Source: Glaciecola sp.
GTDB lineage: Bacteria; Pseudomonadota; Gammaproteobacteria; Enterobacterales; Alteromonadaceae
DNA length: 64,000 nucleotides
Assembly: GCA_023268935.1 (NCBI GenBank)
Contig: JALRKK010000047.1
Location: forward strand, 13,552-77,551
Direction of reading: 5' to 3'
Shown: one piece after another, positions 11,151-21,260 of the stretch
Layout: every line of letters begins with the position of its first letter
Position numbering within the stretch: the stretch's first letter is position 1
Notes under the pieces: model-generated
Told to the model about the DNA's origin: nothing
The model's database searches: none
Seen by the model: the letters and a program-made list of their open reading frames with translations, nothing else
Position numbers and translations under genes: made by a program

Positions 11151-11328
11151 ATATAGGTTCTCTCTATGCTAAAAATAATGCTAAAAAAATATTGGTTACA
11201 CGTACTTCTGTCGTTACGCTAGGTGCGTGGGAGGTGTAATTTATAAGTAGCGATTTTGGTATTGTTATTTTTGGCCCGCTAGGGGTGTTAATGTGCCAGT
11301 TTTGTGGAAAAAAGCAAGGGTAAATCAC

Positions 11329-11356
11329 AAAAAAGGCCGGAAACTCCGACCTTTTT
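11329..11356. terminator. Intrinsic terminator after the M28 peptidase gene
   Basis: AAAAAAGGCCGGAAACTCCGACCTTTTT: hairpin with A and T tails. Confidence 0.7.
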
Positions 11357-11379
11357 CATAGGAATGTCACATTCGCTGA

Positions 11380-13041
11380 TTATTTGCGCTGAAATTCACT
11401 GGTTGCTGACCATTGTGGCCAGGTCTCCGCATTAGCAACCCGAGTGGCAACATCCATTAACATACGAGCATCTTCTTCCATTCCGCTTGGGTCGATACTC
11501 TCTCGGTACTGGTCGCATACTTGATGGTAACATCCGCGTTGAATCACGTTGATTTTTTTGCGATAGGCTGCCACCTCTTCGTTCAGCGGTGTTGCACCGC
11601 CGTATGCATAAAGAGCCGGCACTCCGGCTTTGGCAAACGAAAAGTGATCTGAGCGATAATAGTAACCGGCTTCAGGGCGAGGCTCTTGCACAACCACGCG
11701 ACCTTGTTTCGTCGCAGCTGCGACGAGATATTGTTCCAGTTCTGATTTACCTTGGCCTACCACCGCAACATCTTGGGTTTGACCTAAGATATTCATTGCG
11801 TCAACGTTGATGTTGGCAACGGTTTTATTAAGCGGGATAACTGGATGGTTGGCATAGTATTTTGAGCCAAGCAAACCTTGTTCTTCCGCGGTCACAATCA
11901 AAAAACTAATTGAGCGTCTTGGTCGCTCCGATAATTTTGCCAGTTGCTGCGCAATGGTGATCAAACCAGCTGTACCGGTCGCATTGTCGTGAAAGCCATT
12001 GTAAATCTGGTCACCTTCTAGTGAAGTATCTGTGCCTAAATGATCCCAGTGTGCGGTAAAAATAATATGCTCGTCCGGCAACTCATGACCTGGCAAGGTG
12101 GCCAGGAAGTTGTAACTCGTGGAGGTTTCAAAGCTGTTCTGTACGGTTGCTGAAGCAGTCAAATTCAAAGCAGAATGATATGGACCCTGTAAGGCTTTGG
12201 CTTTTTCAGCAGCAAAGTCTTTCCCTGCAGCAGCAAATACAGATACTGCAGCGTCAAGACTTAACCACCCTTCAATCGCTACGCGAGAAGCGCCTTTATC
12301 CGGGTTAACCAATCCGTATTGCGGTCCTGACCAACTGTTCGCTACGACCGACCAACCATAAGAGGCTGGTTCAGTTTCATGCACAATTAGAGCTGCAGCG
12401 GCCCCTTGACGGCTAGCTTCTTCGTACTTGTAACTCCAACGTCCGTAATAGGTCATGGTTTTACCTTCAAAAATCCCCGCATCAGGATTTTCAAAACCTG
12501 GATCATTAACTAAGATCACAACGGTTTTGCCAGTGACATCTAATCCTTCATAATCGTTCCAATTATATTCTGGCGCATTCACACCATAGCCAACAAAGAC
12601 CACCTCCGAATCGGAAACATCGATTTGCGCTTGTTCACGCTGAGAGCCAACAACCATATTATCTTTATAGGTAAATGTTTGTTCGCCGATACTTAACGAA
12701 GCATCTGGGCTCGCCGTAATTGAAATCAATTCGACGGGTTGCAAGAAAGAATCGCCTGCTGTGGGCACTAAGCCAGCTTGAGTGAAGTGTTCGATCAAAT
12801 ACGCAAGAGTCTTTGTTTCACCTTCTGTCGCCGGTAAACGACCACCAAATTCATCTGAAGCGAGTACTCTAGCATGCTCAATGATGGTTTCTCCGCTTAG
12901 ACTATTGTAAACATCGGCAAAGCTAACCGCAGCTTGGGATGGAGTTTGCGTTTGAGACATGGTCTTGCGTTCTGCTTGGTTAGGTTGACATGCACTGAGC
13001 AGTGAGCAACACAATAAAGCGGTTACAAAATGTCGTTTCAT
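11380..13041 (-). CDS. M28 family metallopeptidase lipoprotein with PA domain
   Basis: Start moved to ATG 13041 (MKRHF..., RBS AAGGA); lipobox LLSAC; AHWDH, DNATG, AEEQGLLGS, RSDH. Confidence 0.9.
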   Translation of the reverse strand: MKRHFVTALLCCSLLSACQPNQAERKTMSQTQTPSQAAVSFADVYNSLSGETIIEHARVLASDEFGGRLPATEGETKTLAYLIEHFTQAGLVPTAGDSFLQPVELISITASPDASLSIGEQTFTYKDNMVVGSQREQAQIDVSDSEVVFVGYGVNAPEYNWNDYEGLDVTGKTVVILVNDPGFENPDAGIFEGKTMTYYGRWSYKYEEASRQGAAAALIVHETEPASYGWSVVANSWSGPQYGLVNPDKGASRVAIEGWLSLDAAVSVFAAAGKDFAAEKAKALQGPYHSALNLTASATVQNSFETSTSYNFLATLPGHELPDEHIIFTAHWDHLGTDTSLEGDQIYNGFHDNATGTAGLITIAQQLAKLSERPRRSISFLIVTAEEQGLLGSKYYANHPVIPLNKTVANINVDAMNILGQTQDVAVVGQGKSELEQYLVAAATKQGRVVVQEPRPEAGYYYRSDHFSFAKAGVPALYAYGGATPLNEEVAAYRKKINVIQRGCYHQVCDQYRESIDPSGMEEDARMLMDVATRVANAETWPQWSATSEFQRK

Positions 13042-13097
13042 TATTATTCTTCCTTTTTTAAAGTGCACGAAGTATACCAATAACTTGGTCTTTTCCC

Positions 13098-13133
13098 AAA
13101 AAAAAGCCGAGTATCTCAGTGAGAGCACTCGGC
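13098..13133 (-). terminator. Intrinsic terminator after the Yip1 gene
   Basis: Minus strand GCCGAGTGCTCTCACTGAGATACTCGGC followed by a T-run. Confidence 0.75.
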
Positions 13134-13153
13134 AATTTAAAGGAGTAATAAAA

Positions 13154-13864
13154 TTAGAAAATCAAGAACAATGCCCAAACGCCGTAAATGACAACATAAG
13201 GTAATGCCGCAAGCACTAGGCACTTATTAAAATCGAAGCGCGTCCATGTACCGATAGCAACCGCTGCAATGTAGTAGTTCCAAATCATCTCAAGTCTGAC
13301 AGACGTAGCAAAGTTGAACCATGCCGAGTCTAAACCAATATTAAACACGTTCGCGATTGAAGTAGCTGACGCTAGAGAAGGATGGATCTCACCGCTAGCA
13401 TCACCAAGTAAGATCATCAAAATAGAAATCACCGCGCCGATAATCGTCGGCAGCCCTATCCACCAACACGCGCCATACCAATCCGTAAAGCCTGCTAAGT
13501 TTTCTTCATCTGAACCTGTTACTGCTTTGTAGTAAATGGCAACAATAGCAGTAACGACAATCATTGCTAGAACGGAACCAATCGGAACATACATAGCGAT
13601 ATCAGCAGTTTGAGTAAAAGACAACGCCGTTTCGATTTCTGCAGGACTCAAATCTCTTAAATCGGGAGAGGCTTTTAGTAATGTGTGATAGTACTCTTGA
13701 TCGACCGATGCAAAATACAAATAACCTGGTAATGAACCGATGATTGCGGTCAGAATAAAGGGGATCCATGACCAGTTATTGTGTGTCTTTAATGCTTCAA
13801 AAACAGCGCGTGGGCGAACAAACACCTCGCTACAGGCCTGGATTGGGTTGGTCACTTCTGACAT
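13154..13864 (-). CDS. Yip1 family membrane protein
   Basis: VFVRPRAVFEAL...SWIPF N-terminal motif; about 5 TM helices. Confidence 0.75.
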   Translation of the reverse strand: MSEVTNPIQACSEVFVRPRAVFEALKTHNNWSWIPFILTAIIGSLPGYLYFASVDQEYYHTLLKASPDLRDLSPAEIETALSFTQTADIAMYVPIGSVLAMIVVTAIVAIYYKAVTGSDEENLAGFTDWYGACWWIGLPTIIGAVISILMILLGDASGEIHPSLASATSIANVFNIGLDSAWFNFATSVRLEMIWNYYIAAVAIGTWTRFDFNKCLVLAALPYVVIYGVWALFLIF

Positions 13865-14028
13865 AGGAATTCCTTAAATCGTTATTATTCAAAACAACCT
13901 TATACCATTTGTTGAAACGGTGCCGATGTAAATTGTAAAAAAGTTTGTAAATCGCTATAAATATTAAGATTTTACGCTACTATAAACTCATCACTTGAAG
14001 CGTGAAACACGACAACAAGGAACCGTGT

Positions 14029-14799
14029 ATGATTGAAATCTCGCATTTGGCTAAGAAATTCAAAGTCGAAAATCCCAAAAAGCTCAGTGAACAAGAGCGC
14101 AAAGACCCACGTTTACATGGCAAGTTTTTCCATTCGGTTCAAGACGTTAATTTTATGTGCGATCACGGTCAAGTTCTCGGTTTACTCGGCCCAAACGGGG
14201 CAGGCAAAACCACCACATTACGCATGTTATCGACTGCGCTCGCGCCAGACGGAGGCAGCATCAAAATCAATGGTGTGGATGTCTTGGCCAACCCGTTGAT
14301 TGCACGCCAAAAAATTGGCTTCCTTTCCGGTTCAACCGGATTGTATGGACGCTTAACCGGACGTGAAAATATCGCGTATTTTGGTCGCTTACATGGGATG
14401 GATGAAGCCGCCATCGCCAACAAGATCGACGAACTGACTGAGCTGCTCGATTTATCCACCTTTTTAGAGCGCCGCAGTGAAAATTTCTCTACCGGTATGA
14501 AACAACGTATTTCGATTGCGCGCGCCGTCGTCCATGACCCGGAAGTGGTTATTTTGGACGAACCCACAACGGGTCTAGATATCATGGCGACGCAGACAGT
14601 CATTGATTTCATCAAGGGATTAAAAGACAAGCAAGTGCCGGTGATATTCTCAACGCATCACCTGGATGAAGTGGAACAATTATGCGATACCGTGACCGTC
14701 ATAGATGAAGGGCGTACCAAATACAATGGAGACATTAGGTCGTTTGCGGGGTTGTCGGGAAAAACGTTACACGATTCATTTATGGTTAGCATAGGGTAG
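14029..14799 (+). CDS. ABC transporter ATP-binding protein, NatA-like
   Basis: GPNGAGKTT, FSTGMKQ signature, LDEPTTGLD; start set at ATG 14029. Confidence 0.9.
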   Translation: MIEISHLAKKFKVENPKKLSEQERKDPRLHGKFFHSVQDVNFMCDHGQVLGLLGPNGAGKTTTLRMLSTALAPDGGSIKINGVDVLANPLIARQKIGFLSGSTGLYGRLTGRENIAYFGRLHGMDEAAIANKIDELTELLDLSTFLERRSENFSTGMKQRISIARAVVHDPEVVILDEPTTGLDIMATQTVIDFIKGLKDKQVPVIFSTHHLDEVEQLCDTVTVIDEGRTKYNGDIRSFAGLSGKTLHDSFMVSIG

Positions 14800-14810
14800 G
14801 AGGTAAGGAC

Positions 14811-16016
14811 ATGTGGTTAGTATTTAAAAAAGAAGTCATCGAACTATTGCGAGACCGTAAAACCCTGTTTTTTATGATTGCGTTGCCGTTATTGTTCTTC
14901 CCAATTATCTTTGGAGGAGTGTTTTATTTTTCCGGTAAGGCCATTCAAGAAGCGCAAGAAAAGACGTTGAACTTTGCTGTGATCGGTGGCGAGTTTGCTC
15001 CGAATCTGACCGACCAGCTGAGTGCTAGGGATGATTTAACTCTAGTAAAAAACACATTAAAAGGTGATGACGAAGCGGCGATCAAAGATTTTGTAAAGAC
15101 TGAAAAAGTTGATTTTGTGTTAGTGGTACCGGCAACCTTTAGCAATGATGTGCTGACCAGTGGCCAGCAAACAATTATGCTGTATCTCAATGATGCGGGC
15201 CTTAATATGGTGCAACGCCGAGTCAACGAGGTCGTAAAAGAGATTGAACATACCAACCAACAATCGGCGTTTATCACCTTGGGCGTCAGTGAGGCCATTC
15301 AAAAGGGGTTACTCAATCCTATAGTGATTGAAAAAGTATCAACTGCTGATAAACGCGAGGATTTGGGTGAGAAAATCGGTGGCTTCATTCCGTATCTTGT
15401 CTTTATTTTGTGTTTGCAAGGTGCGATGCTTCCCGCGACTGATATTGGCGCAGGAGAGAAAGAGCGCGGGACGCTTGAGACATTGCTGATCACGCCAATT
15501 CCCCGCCAAGATTTGGTGATAGGGAAATTCTTCACTATTGCGTTTGCGGGGGTGACGTCTGCTATGGTTACTATAGGCAGTATGTTTGTTTGGGGCGTAC
15601 TGCTTGCGCAAGGCATGGCAATTAAACTCATTACGGAATTTATGGGGGCAATTAGCCCGATCGATTTTGTGTTGATGTTTTTGATGCTAGTGCCCGTGGT
15701 TGCGATTTTTGCCTCGTTGTTGCTCAGTTTATCCATCTATGCTCGAAGCTTTAAAGAAGCACAAGGGTATATGACGCCGCTCGTGTTCTTAACGATTATA
15801 CCCATCATCATCGCGTTGTTACCTGGGATTGAGCTTAAAGGGGTATATGCATGGATCCCACTGACAAACGTCGCGCTTGCGATGAAAGAGCTGATCAAAG
15901 GCACCATGGATTACATGGCATTGATTCCGATTTTTGTCTCTACAAGCGTGATTGCAGGATTACTGATTGCATTTTGCGTGTACTGGTTTAAGCGTGAAAA
16001 AGTTTTATTTCGATAA
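14811..16016 (+). CDS. ABC-2 permease, NatB-like
   Basis: KKEVIELLRDRKT, GEKERGTLETLL, ARSFKEAQ. Confidence 0.88.
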   Translation: MWLVFKKEVIELLRDRKTLFFMIALPLLFFPIIFGGVFYFSGKAIQEAQEKTLNFAVIGGEFAPNLTDQLSARDDLTLVKNTLKGDDEAAIKDFVKTEKVDFVLVVPATFSNDVLTSGQQTIMLYLNDAGLNMVQRRVNEVVKEIEHTNQQSAFITLGVSEAIQKGLLNPIVIEKVSTADKREDLGEKIGGFIPYLVFILCLQGAMLPATDIGAGEKERGTLETLLITPIPRQDLVIGKFFTIAFAGVTSAMVTIGSMFVWGVLLAQGMAIKLITEFMGAISPIDFVLMFLMLVPVVAIFASLLLSLSIYARSFKEAQGYMTPLVFLTIIPIIIALLPGIELKGVYAWIPLTNVALAMKELIKGTMDYMALIPIFVSTSVIAGLLIAFCVYWFKREKVLFR

Positions 16017-16142
16017 ATCTCAATAAAATCAACACTTATAATTTTTTGGAATAAATATATATTTGCTGTAAATTATTTGTTATTGGCATGTTTATATAAA
16101 TCTTAATAATATAACTTATATCATTATGTTATTAAGGTTTTT

Positions 16143-16925
16143 ATGGAAGTTTTTGGCTATATCGCAGCTGTCTTTATGGGAATGGTATTGGGTGTCATCG
16201 GTGGCGGTGGCTCGATACTAACTGTGCCCATCCTTGTTTATCTAATGGGCGTCAATGCGACGATCGCGACAGGATACTCTTTGATCATCGTTGGTTTGAC
16301 GGCCGCATTTGGAGCATTTCGTTACTTTAAACAAGGTTTAATCGATTTTAAACCGGCTTTAATCTTTGCTATTCCGTCTATTTTATCGGTCTATGCCACC
16401 CGTGCTTTCTTAGTTCCGGCTATACCTGAAGTCATCTATGATGGCGTGTTTTTGGTCACCAAAGACCTCATGATTATGGTGCTCTTTGGGATCCTAATGG
16501 TGATGTCCGCGGTCATGATGTTGCGCAATGCAAAACAGCTTAAGCCAACCGGCAAACCGCAATCGACCATTTTAATTTTGCTTGAAGGGGCTGTTGTGGG
16601 CGTGGCTACCGGGCTGCTCGGCGCAGGAGGAGGCTTCTTAATCATTCCAGCCTTGGTCTTGTTGATGGGCATGGAAATGAAAAAAGCCGTTGCTGCATCG
16701 TTATTCATTATTGCACTGAAATCCATCATAGGCTTTGGCGGGGATCTCCAAGCAGGCATCGCACTCGATTTTCAACTAATCGGCAGTTTAATTTTGTGCA
16801 CGTTGTTGGGCATGTTTCTCGCTACACGTATATCAGACCGATTTGATGGAAAAAAACTGCAAAAAAGCTTCGCCTATTTCACTTTGACCATCGCCGTCAT
16901 CATTTTTGCTAAAGAATTACTGTAA
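16143..16925 (+). CDS. TauE/SafE family sulfite exporter
   Basis: GGGGSILTVP and GAGGGFLIIP repeats; about 8 TM helices. Confidence 0.9.
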   Translation: MEVFGYIAAVFMGMVLGVIGGGGSILTVPILVYLMGVNATIATGYSLIIVGLTAAFGAFRYFKQGLIDFKPALIFAIPSILSVYATRAFLVPAIPEVIYDGVFLVTKDLMIMVLFGILMVMSAVMMLRNAKQLKPTGKPQSTILILLEGAVVGVATGLLGAGGGFLIIPALVLLMGMEMKKAVAASLFIIALKSIIGFGGDLQAGIALDFQLIGSLILCTLLGMFLATRISDRFDGKKLQKSFAYFTLTIAVIIFAKELL

Positions 16926-16938
16926 AGGAGCACTGAAT

Positions 16939-17799
16939 ATGTATGTAAAAACGTTTCACGACCCAGATACTGCGACATTTACGCACATAGTTGTTGATGA
17001 ATCGACCGCAAAATGTGCAGTGATTGACTCAGTGTTAGATTACGACCATTTTGCTGGGACTGTCAAAACAGATAGTGCTGATCAGGTCATCGATTACATT
17101 CGAACGAATAATCTAAAAAATGAGTGGATCCTAGAAAGTCATATTCATGCCGACCATATTACCGCTTCGTCCTATTTAAAAACGCATATTGGTGGTCAAA
17201 CCGCCATGAGCAAAAGAATCAAAGAAGTACTAGAAATCTGGGTACCAATGTTTGATAGCAGTGAGGATACGCCAATTTCAGGAGAGCAATTTGATCGACT
17301 TCTTGATGAAGGTGATGAAATATCAATTGGCTCAATCACGCTTGAAACATGGCTAACCCCTGGCCACACACCGGCTTGTGCGAGTTATTATTGTGCCGAA
17401 CACAATGCAATTTTTGTTGGTGACACTATATTTGCTCCACATCTTGGTACTGCTCGCTGTGATTTTCCTGGGGGCAGTGCAGCGGATTTGTTTAAGACGG
17501 TTCAGCGTTTTTATACCTTACCTGATGAGACCATTGTGTATCTTTGCCATGATTACCCGAAGGATGGCGACTCTCCACTTGAATCAATTACCATTGGTGA
17601 ACAAAAACGCACCAATAAACAAATCCAGCCCGATACTGAGTTTTCTGAATATGTTGCCAAGCGTGAAGCACGAGATGCAACCCTTTCAGTGCCTAAGTTA
17701 CTGTATCCATCGATTCAAACGAATCTGCGTTTGGGGGAATTTGGTGTGAAATCCAAAAATGGTCTGCAGTTCATCAAAATTCCAATCAATGCGTTATAG
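16939..17799 (+). CDS. Persulfide dioxygenase (ETHE1/Blh-like MBL fold)
   Basis: HIHADH, TPGHT, VGDTIF, GTARCDFPGG, LCHDY; ATG 16939 with AGGAG RBS. Confidence 0.9.
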   Translation: MYVKTFHDPDTATFTHIVVDESTAKCAVIDSVLDYDHFAGTVKTDSADQVIDYIRTNNLKNEWILESHIHADHITASSYLKTHIGGQTAMSKRIKEVLEIWVPMFDSSEDTPISGEQFDRLLDEGDEISIGSITLETWLTPGHTPACASYYCAEHNAIFVGDTIFAPHLGTARCDFPGGSAADLFKTVQRFYTLPDETIVYLCHDYPKDGDSPLESITIGEQKRTNKQIQPDTEFSEYVAKREARDATLSVPKLLYPSIQTNLRLGEFGVKSKNGLQFIKIPINAL

Positions 17800-17808
17800 G
17801 AGCCAAAC

Positions 17809-19479
17809 ATGGATATCAAAATATTAACCAAAGATTTATCTGTATCCCCGCAAATCTCAGTAGATGATGTACGGATTTTGGCTGAGCAAGGCTTTAAGTC
17901 ACTGGTGTGTCATCGACCTGATGGAGAAGGGGCAGACCAAGTCAATTTTGCAGAGATAAAAGCAACAGCAGAAGAATTTGGTCTAGTGGCCATTCATCAA
18001 CCAGTGACTAGTGGTAAGGTCACTGATGAAGATGCTCAGACCTTTAAGCAATTAATGTCTGAGTTGCCAAAACCTATGTTTGCCTATTGTCGCACTGGCA
18101 CCCGCTGCACCACAGTGTGGGCATTGGCTCAAGCAACAGAAATGAGCACCGTTGAGATTTTGCAGACGGCAAAAAACGCCGGATATGATATGTCAGGTGT
18201 GGTGCGCCGAATCGTGAATGGTGGTGTTACGCCGACTCAACAAGCCGATCGTGAATTTGATATCGTGGTAGTGGGTGCTGGTGCTGCAGGGGTTGCAGTA
18301 TGCTCGAGCATTTTGGCGCGTAAACCGGATGTTAATATCGCGGTGATTGATCCTGCCGATATCCATTATTATCAGCCAGGTTGGACCATGGTGGGCGCTG
18401 GGGTCTTTACTCCAGAACAAACGGTTAAAACACTGTCATCTCTGATCCCAAAAGGTGTGACTTGGATCAAAAATGCGGTGTCGGCAATTGAACCAGACAA
18501 AAACTGTGTGCTCCTTGATGGGTGCCATACTGTGTCATACAAACACCTCATTGTCTGCCCAGGATTAAAATTAGATTGGCACAACATTGAAGGCCTTTCT
18601 GAAACATTAGGTAAAAATGGCGTCACGTCCAATTACCGTTTTGATTTGGCACCTTATACATGGGAACTTGTACAAGGGTTACGGGGTGGAAAAGCGGTCT
18701 TCACGCAACCACCTATGCCTATCAAATGCGCCGGTGCGCCACAAAAGGCCATGTATTTGTCGTGTGACCATTGGTTATCAAGTGGTGTATTGGGCAAGAT
18801 TGATGTCGAATTTTACAACGCTGGACCTGTTCTGTTTGGGGTCAAAGAGTATGTCCCAAGCTTGATGAAATACGTTGAAAAGTACCAAGCAAGCCTTCAG
18901 TTTACGCATAACTTAGTCAAAGTTGATGGTCCTAATAAACGGGCGTATTTTAAGCAAACTGGAGAGGGTGCATCCGATGAGTTAGTGGAAGTTGCCTTTG
19001 ATATGTTACACGTCGCTCCTCCGCAATCGGCTCCTGACTTCATTAAAGTCAGTCCTTTGGCCGATGAAGCTGGATGGATTGATGTCGATCAGTCCACGTT
19101 GCAGCATAAAAAGTATAACAATATCTACGGCTTAGGTGATGCGATGAATGCACCTAATGCGAAAACAGCGGCTGCAGCACGCGTGCAAGCCCCTATTGTG
19201 GCTAATAATGTCTTATACGACATGGGTTTGTATCATAAACGTGCTATCTACAATGGCTACGGCTCCTGTCCATTAACAGTTGAAAAAGGCAAAATCATTC
19301 TGGCTGAATTTGGCTATGGTGGCAAAATGCTACCGACGTTCCCGAATTGGCTCATTAACGGGACACAGCCGTCCCACTTAGCGTGGTTATTAAAAGAAAA
19401 AATTCTGCCACCAATGTATTGGGAAGGAATGCTAAAAGGCAAGGAGTGGTTAGTCAAACCCAAAGAGTTTTTAAAATAG
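17809..19479 (+). CDS. sqr: DUF442 sulfurtransferase fused to sulfide:quinone oxidoreductase
   Basis: N-terminal RPDGE and CRTGTR (DUF442); GAGAAG FAD site, HYYQPGWT, KCAGAPQK, GYGSCP. Confidence 0.9.
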   Translation: MDIKILTKDLSVSPQISVDDVRILAEQGFKSLVCHRPDGEGADQVNFAEIKATAEEFGLVAIHQPVTSGKVTDEDAQTFKQLMSELPKPMFAYCRTGTRCTTVWALAQATEMSTVEILQTAKNAGYDMSGVVRRIVNGGVTPTQQADREFDIVVVGAGAAGVAVCSSILARKPDVNIAVIDPADIHYYQPGWTMVGAGVFTPEQTVKTLSSLIPKGVTWIKNAVSAIEPDKNCVLLDGCHTVSYKHLIVCPGLKLDWHNIEGLSETLGKNGVTSNYRFDLAPYTWELVQGLRGGKAVFTQPPMPIKCAGAPQKAMYLSCDHWLSSGVLGKIDVEFYNAGPVLFGVKEYVPSLMKYVEKYQASLQFTHNLVKVDGPNKRAYFKQTGEGASDELVEVAFDMLHVAPPQSAPDFIKVSPLADEAGWIDVDQSTLQHKKYNNIYGLGDAMNAPNAKTAAAARVQAPIVANNVLYDMGLYHKRAIYNGYGSCPLTVEKGKIILAEFGYGGKMLPTFPNWLINGTQPSHLAWLLKEKILPPMYWEGMLKGKEWLVKPKEFLK

Positions 19480-19504
19480 CTACAGATTTAAAGTGTGTTA
19501 GTTG

Positions 19505-19537
19505 ACGCGATGGTTGGGATAACCATCGCGTTTTTTT
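19505..19537. terminator. Terminator between the convergent sqr and SLC13 genes
   Basis: ACGCGATGGTT-GGGAT-AACCATCGCGT perfect stem followed by a T-run. Confidence 0.8.
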
Positions 19538-21260
19538 ACAAATGCACCCAAGCCAACAGACTCAACACAATCGTCGAATAACACAGTGATATGGGTAAGC
19601 CGATTTTGACAAAATCCATATACCGGTATTGCCCAGCATTGTGCACGAGTAAGTTAGTTTGATAGCCATAAGGGGTGATAAAACTGGCACTTGCCGCAAA
19701 TGCCACCGCCAACGCAAAGGGCAGAATCGGCGCTCCGAGGGCTTCTACTAATACCCATGCAAACGGAAACATCAATGCCGCCGCAGCATTATTCGTGACA
19801 AATTCTGTTAATAAGAGTGTTAAAAAATACACGACTACTAATGCGATGAACATCGAGTGGCCATTAATTAACGGCGTTAATGTCTCGGTGAGTAAAGCAA
19901 AAAGCCCTGCGTTTTCCATCCCTGTTGCCAGTGACAAGGCACCCACTATTACCACCATAACATTCAAGGGAATATTGCGCTTGATCTCGGCGTGTGAGGT
20001 CACACCGGCTAAACCAAGAACCGCCAAGAGAAACAATAAACCGACTAATAACGGCACTATTTCAAACGCAGCTAGAGCGATGACTGTCCCAAAACCCAAC
20101 ATGGTTAGCCAATCTTGTTTGGTAGATAACTTACGCGCAATGGTTTGTTCCGATACGATAAAGAAGTGCTTGGTCAAATTATTGCGTTGCAAAAAGTCTG
20201 GCCCAGTCGCAAGCAGTAAAAAATCTCCTGATTGCAAGGTCACTTCCCCTAATTTACCAGACAAGGTTTCACCATCACGGCGAATCGCAACCACAGCGGC
20301 ATCAAACAAGGCTCGAAAACCCGAGCGCTTGAGGGTAGAGCCAATCAATGAAGAACGATTTGAGATAACGACTTCGGTCAGCTCAGAGCGCATCAATCCA
20401 GAGCATTCAGCAAAGAGACTTAATCCTTTGATGTGCGACAACGCATCGACGTTTTTGACATTGCCGTTAAAAATCAATTTATCGCCCGCCACAATCATCT
20501 CATCCGGTGAAACTGGGGAGATGGTGTTACCATGGCGCACTATCTCGACTAGAAATAACTCAGGTAGATTGCGCAGATGATTGTCTTCGATGCTCAAACC
20601 AACCAGCTCAGAGTCAGGGGCAACATCAGCTTCAAGCAAATATTCTTGCTCTGCGCTACCTTTGAGATTGATCTCTGGAAGCCATCCGCGCAACAAGTAT
20701 AGCAAAACGCCACATACTAAACCCGCCGTCATCCCAAATAGGGTAAAGTCATAAAACGCAAAACCGGGGTGGCCTTTGTCTTGTAAAAAGCTGTGCACAA
20801 TGAGATTAGTTGATGTCCCAATCAGAGTTACGGTTCCGCCCAAAATGGCAGAGAATGATAATGGGATAAGTAGCTTAGAAGCCAAGTGATGTTGGTTTTG
20901 TTTAACTGAACCAATCAACGACGCCACGATGGCTGTGTTGTTGAGCAATGCCGAGCTAAAAAAACTGATCCCAAACAAGCGTAAATAAGACGCTTTGAAG
21001 TTAGCCGTAATCAGTTTACGCGCAACCCGTTTGAGAAGGGCTGTTTTATCAATCGCATGGCTGATAATCAGTAACAAAAGAAGAGTGACCAATCCGGGAT
21101 TTGTCGTATTGGTTAACACATCTTCGATATCAATGGTTTGTGTCAGCATCAACGCCAGAGTTGCCGTACCAAAAATCACAGACGGACGTTTCTTAGACAC
21201 AATCAATGCGCTAATTGTGCCTAAGAAAATGATCAGTACGAGGAGCTGACTCAGCGACAT
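19536..21260 (-). CDS. SLC13 family permease with TrkA-C domains (probable sulfate transporter)
   Basis: LIGTSTNL, TNNAAA, TPYGYQTNL; two internal RCK-C repeats; last gene of the cys operon. Confidence 0.88.
   Translation of the reverse strand: MSLSQLLVLIIFLGTISALIVSKKRPSVIFGTATLALMLTQTIDIEDVLTNTTNPGLVTLLLLLIISHAIDKTALLKRVARKLITANFKASYLRLFGISFFSSALLNNTAIVASLIGSVKQNQHHLASKLLIPLSFSAILGGTVTLIGTSTNLIVHSFLQDKGHPGFAFYDFTLFGMTAGLVCGVLLYLLRGWLPEINLKGSAEQEYLLEADVAPDSELVGLSIEDNHLRNLPELFLVEIVRHGNTISPVSPDEMIVAGDKLIFNGNVKNVDALSHIKGLSLFAECSGLMRSELTEVVISNRSSLIGSTLKRSGFRALFDAAVVAIRRDGETLSGKLGEVTLQSGDFLLLATGPDFLQRNNLTKHFFIVSEQTIARKLSTKQDWLTMLGFGTVIALAAFEIVPLLVGLLFLLAVLGLAGVTSHAEIKRNIPLNVMVVIVGALSLATGMENAGLFALLTETLTPLINGHSMFIALVVVYFLTLLLTEFVTNNAAAALMFPFAWVLVEALGAPILPFALAVAFAASASFITPYGYQTNLLVHNAGQYRYMDFVKIGLPISLCYSTIVLSLLAWVHL

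Noticed and set aside
11219-11280. Asn-Asn-Asn codons upstream of asnB as a leader-peptide attenuator
   Set aside because: That frame has an in-frame TAG just upstream and no start codon before the Asn run
19675-20580. 301-aa ORF on the + strand
   Set aside because: Antisense shadow of the SLC13 permease with no independent motifs; the same applies to the many other short overlapping ORFs in the track
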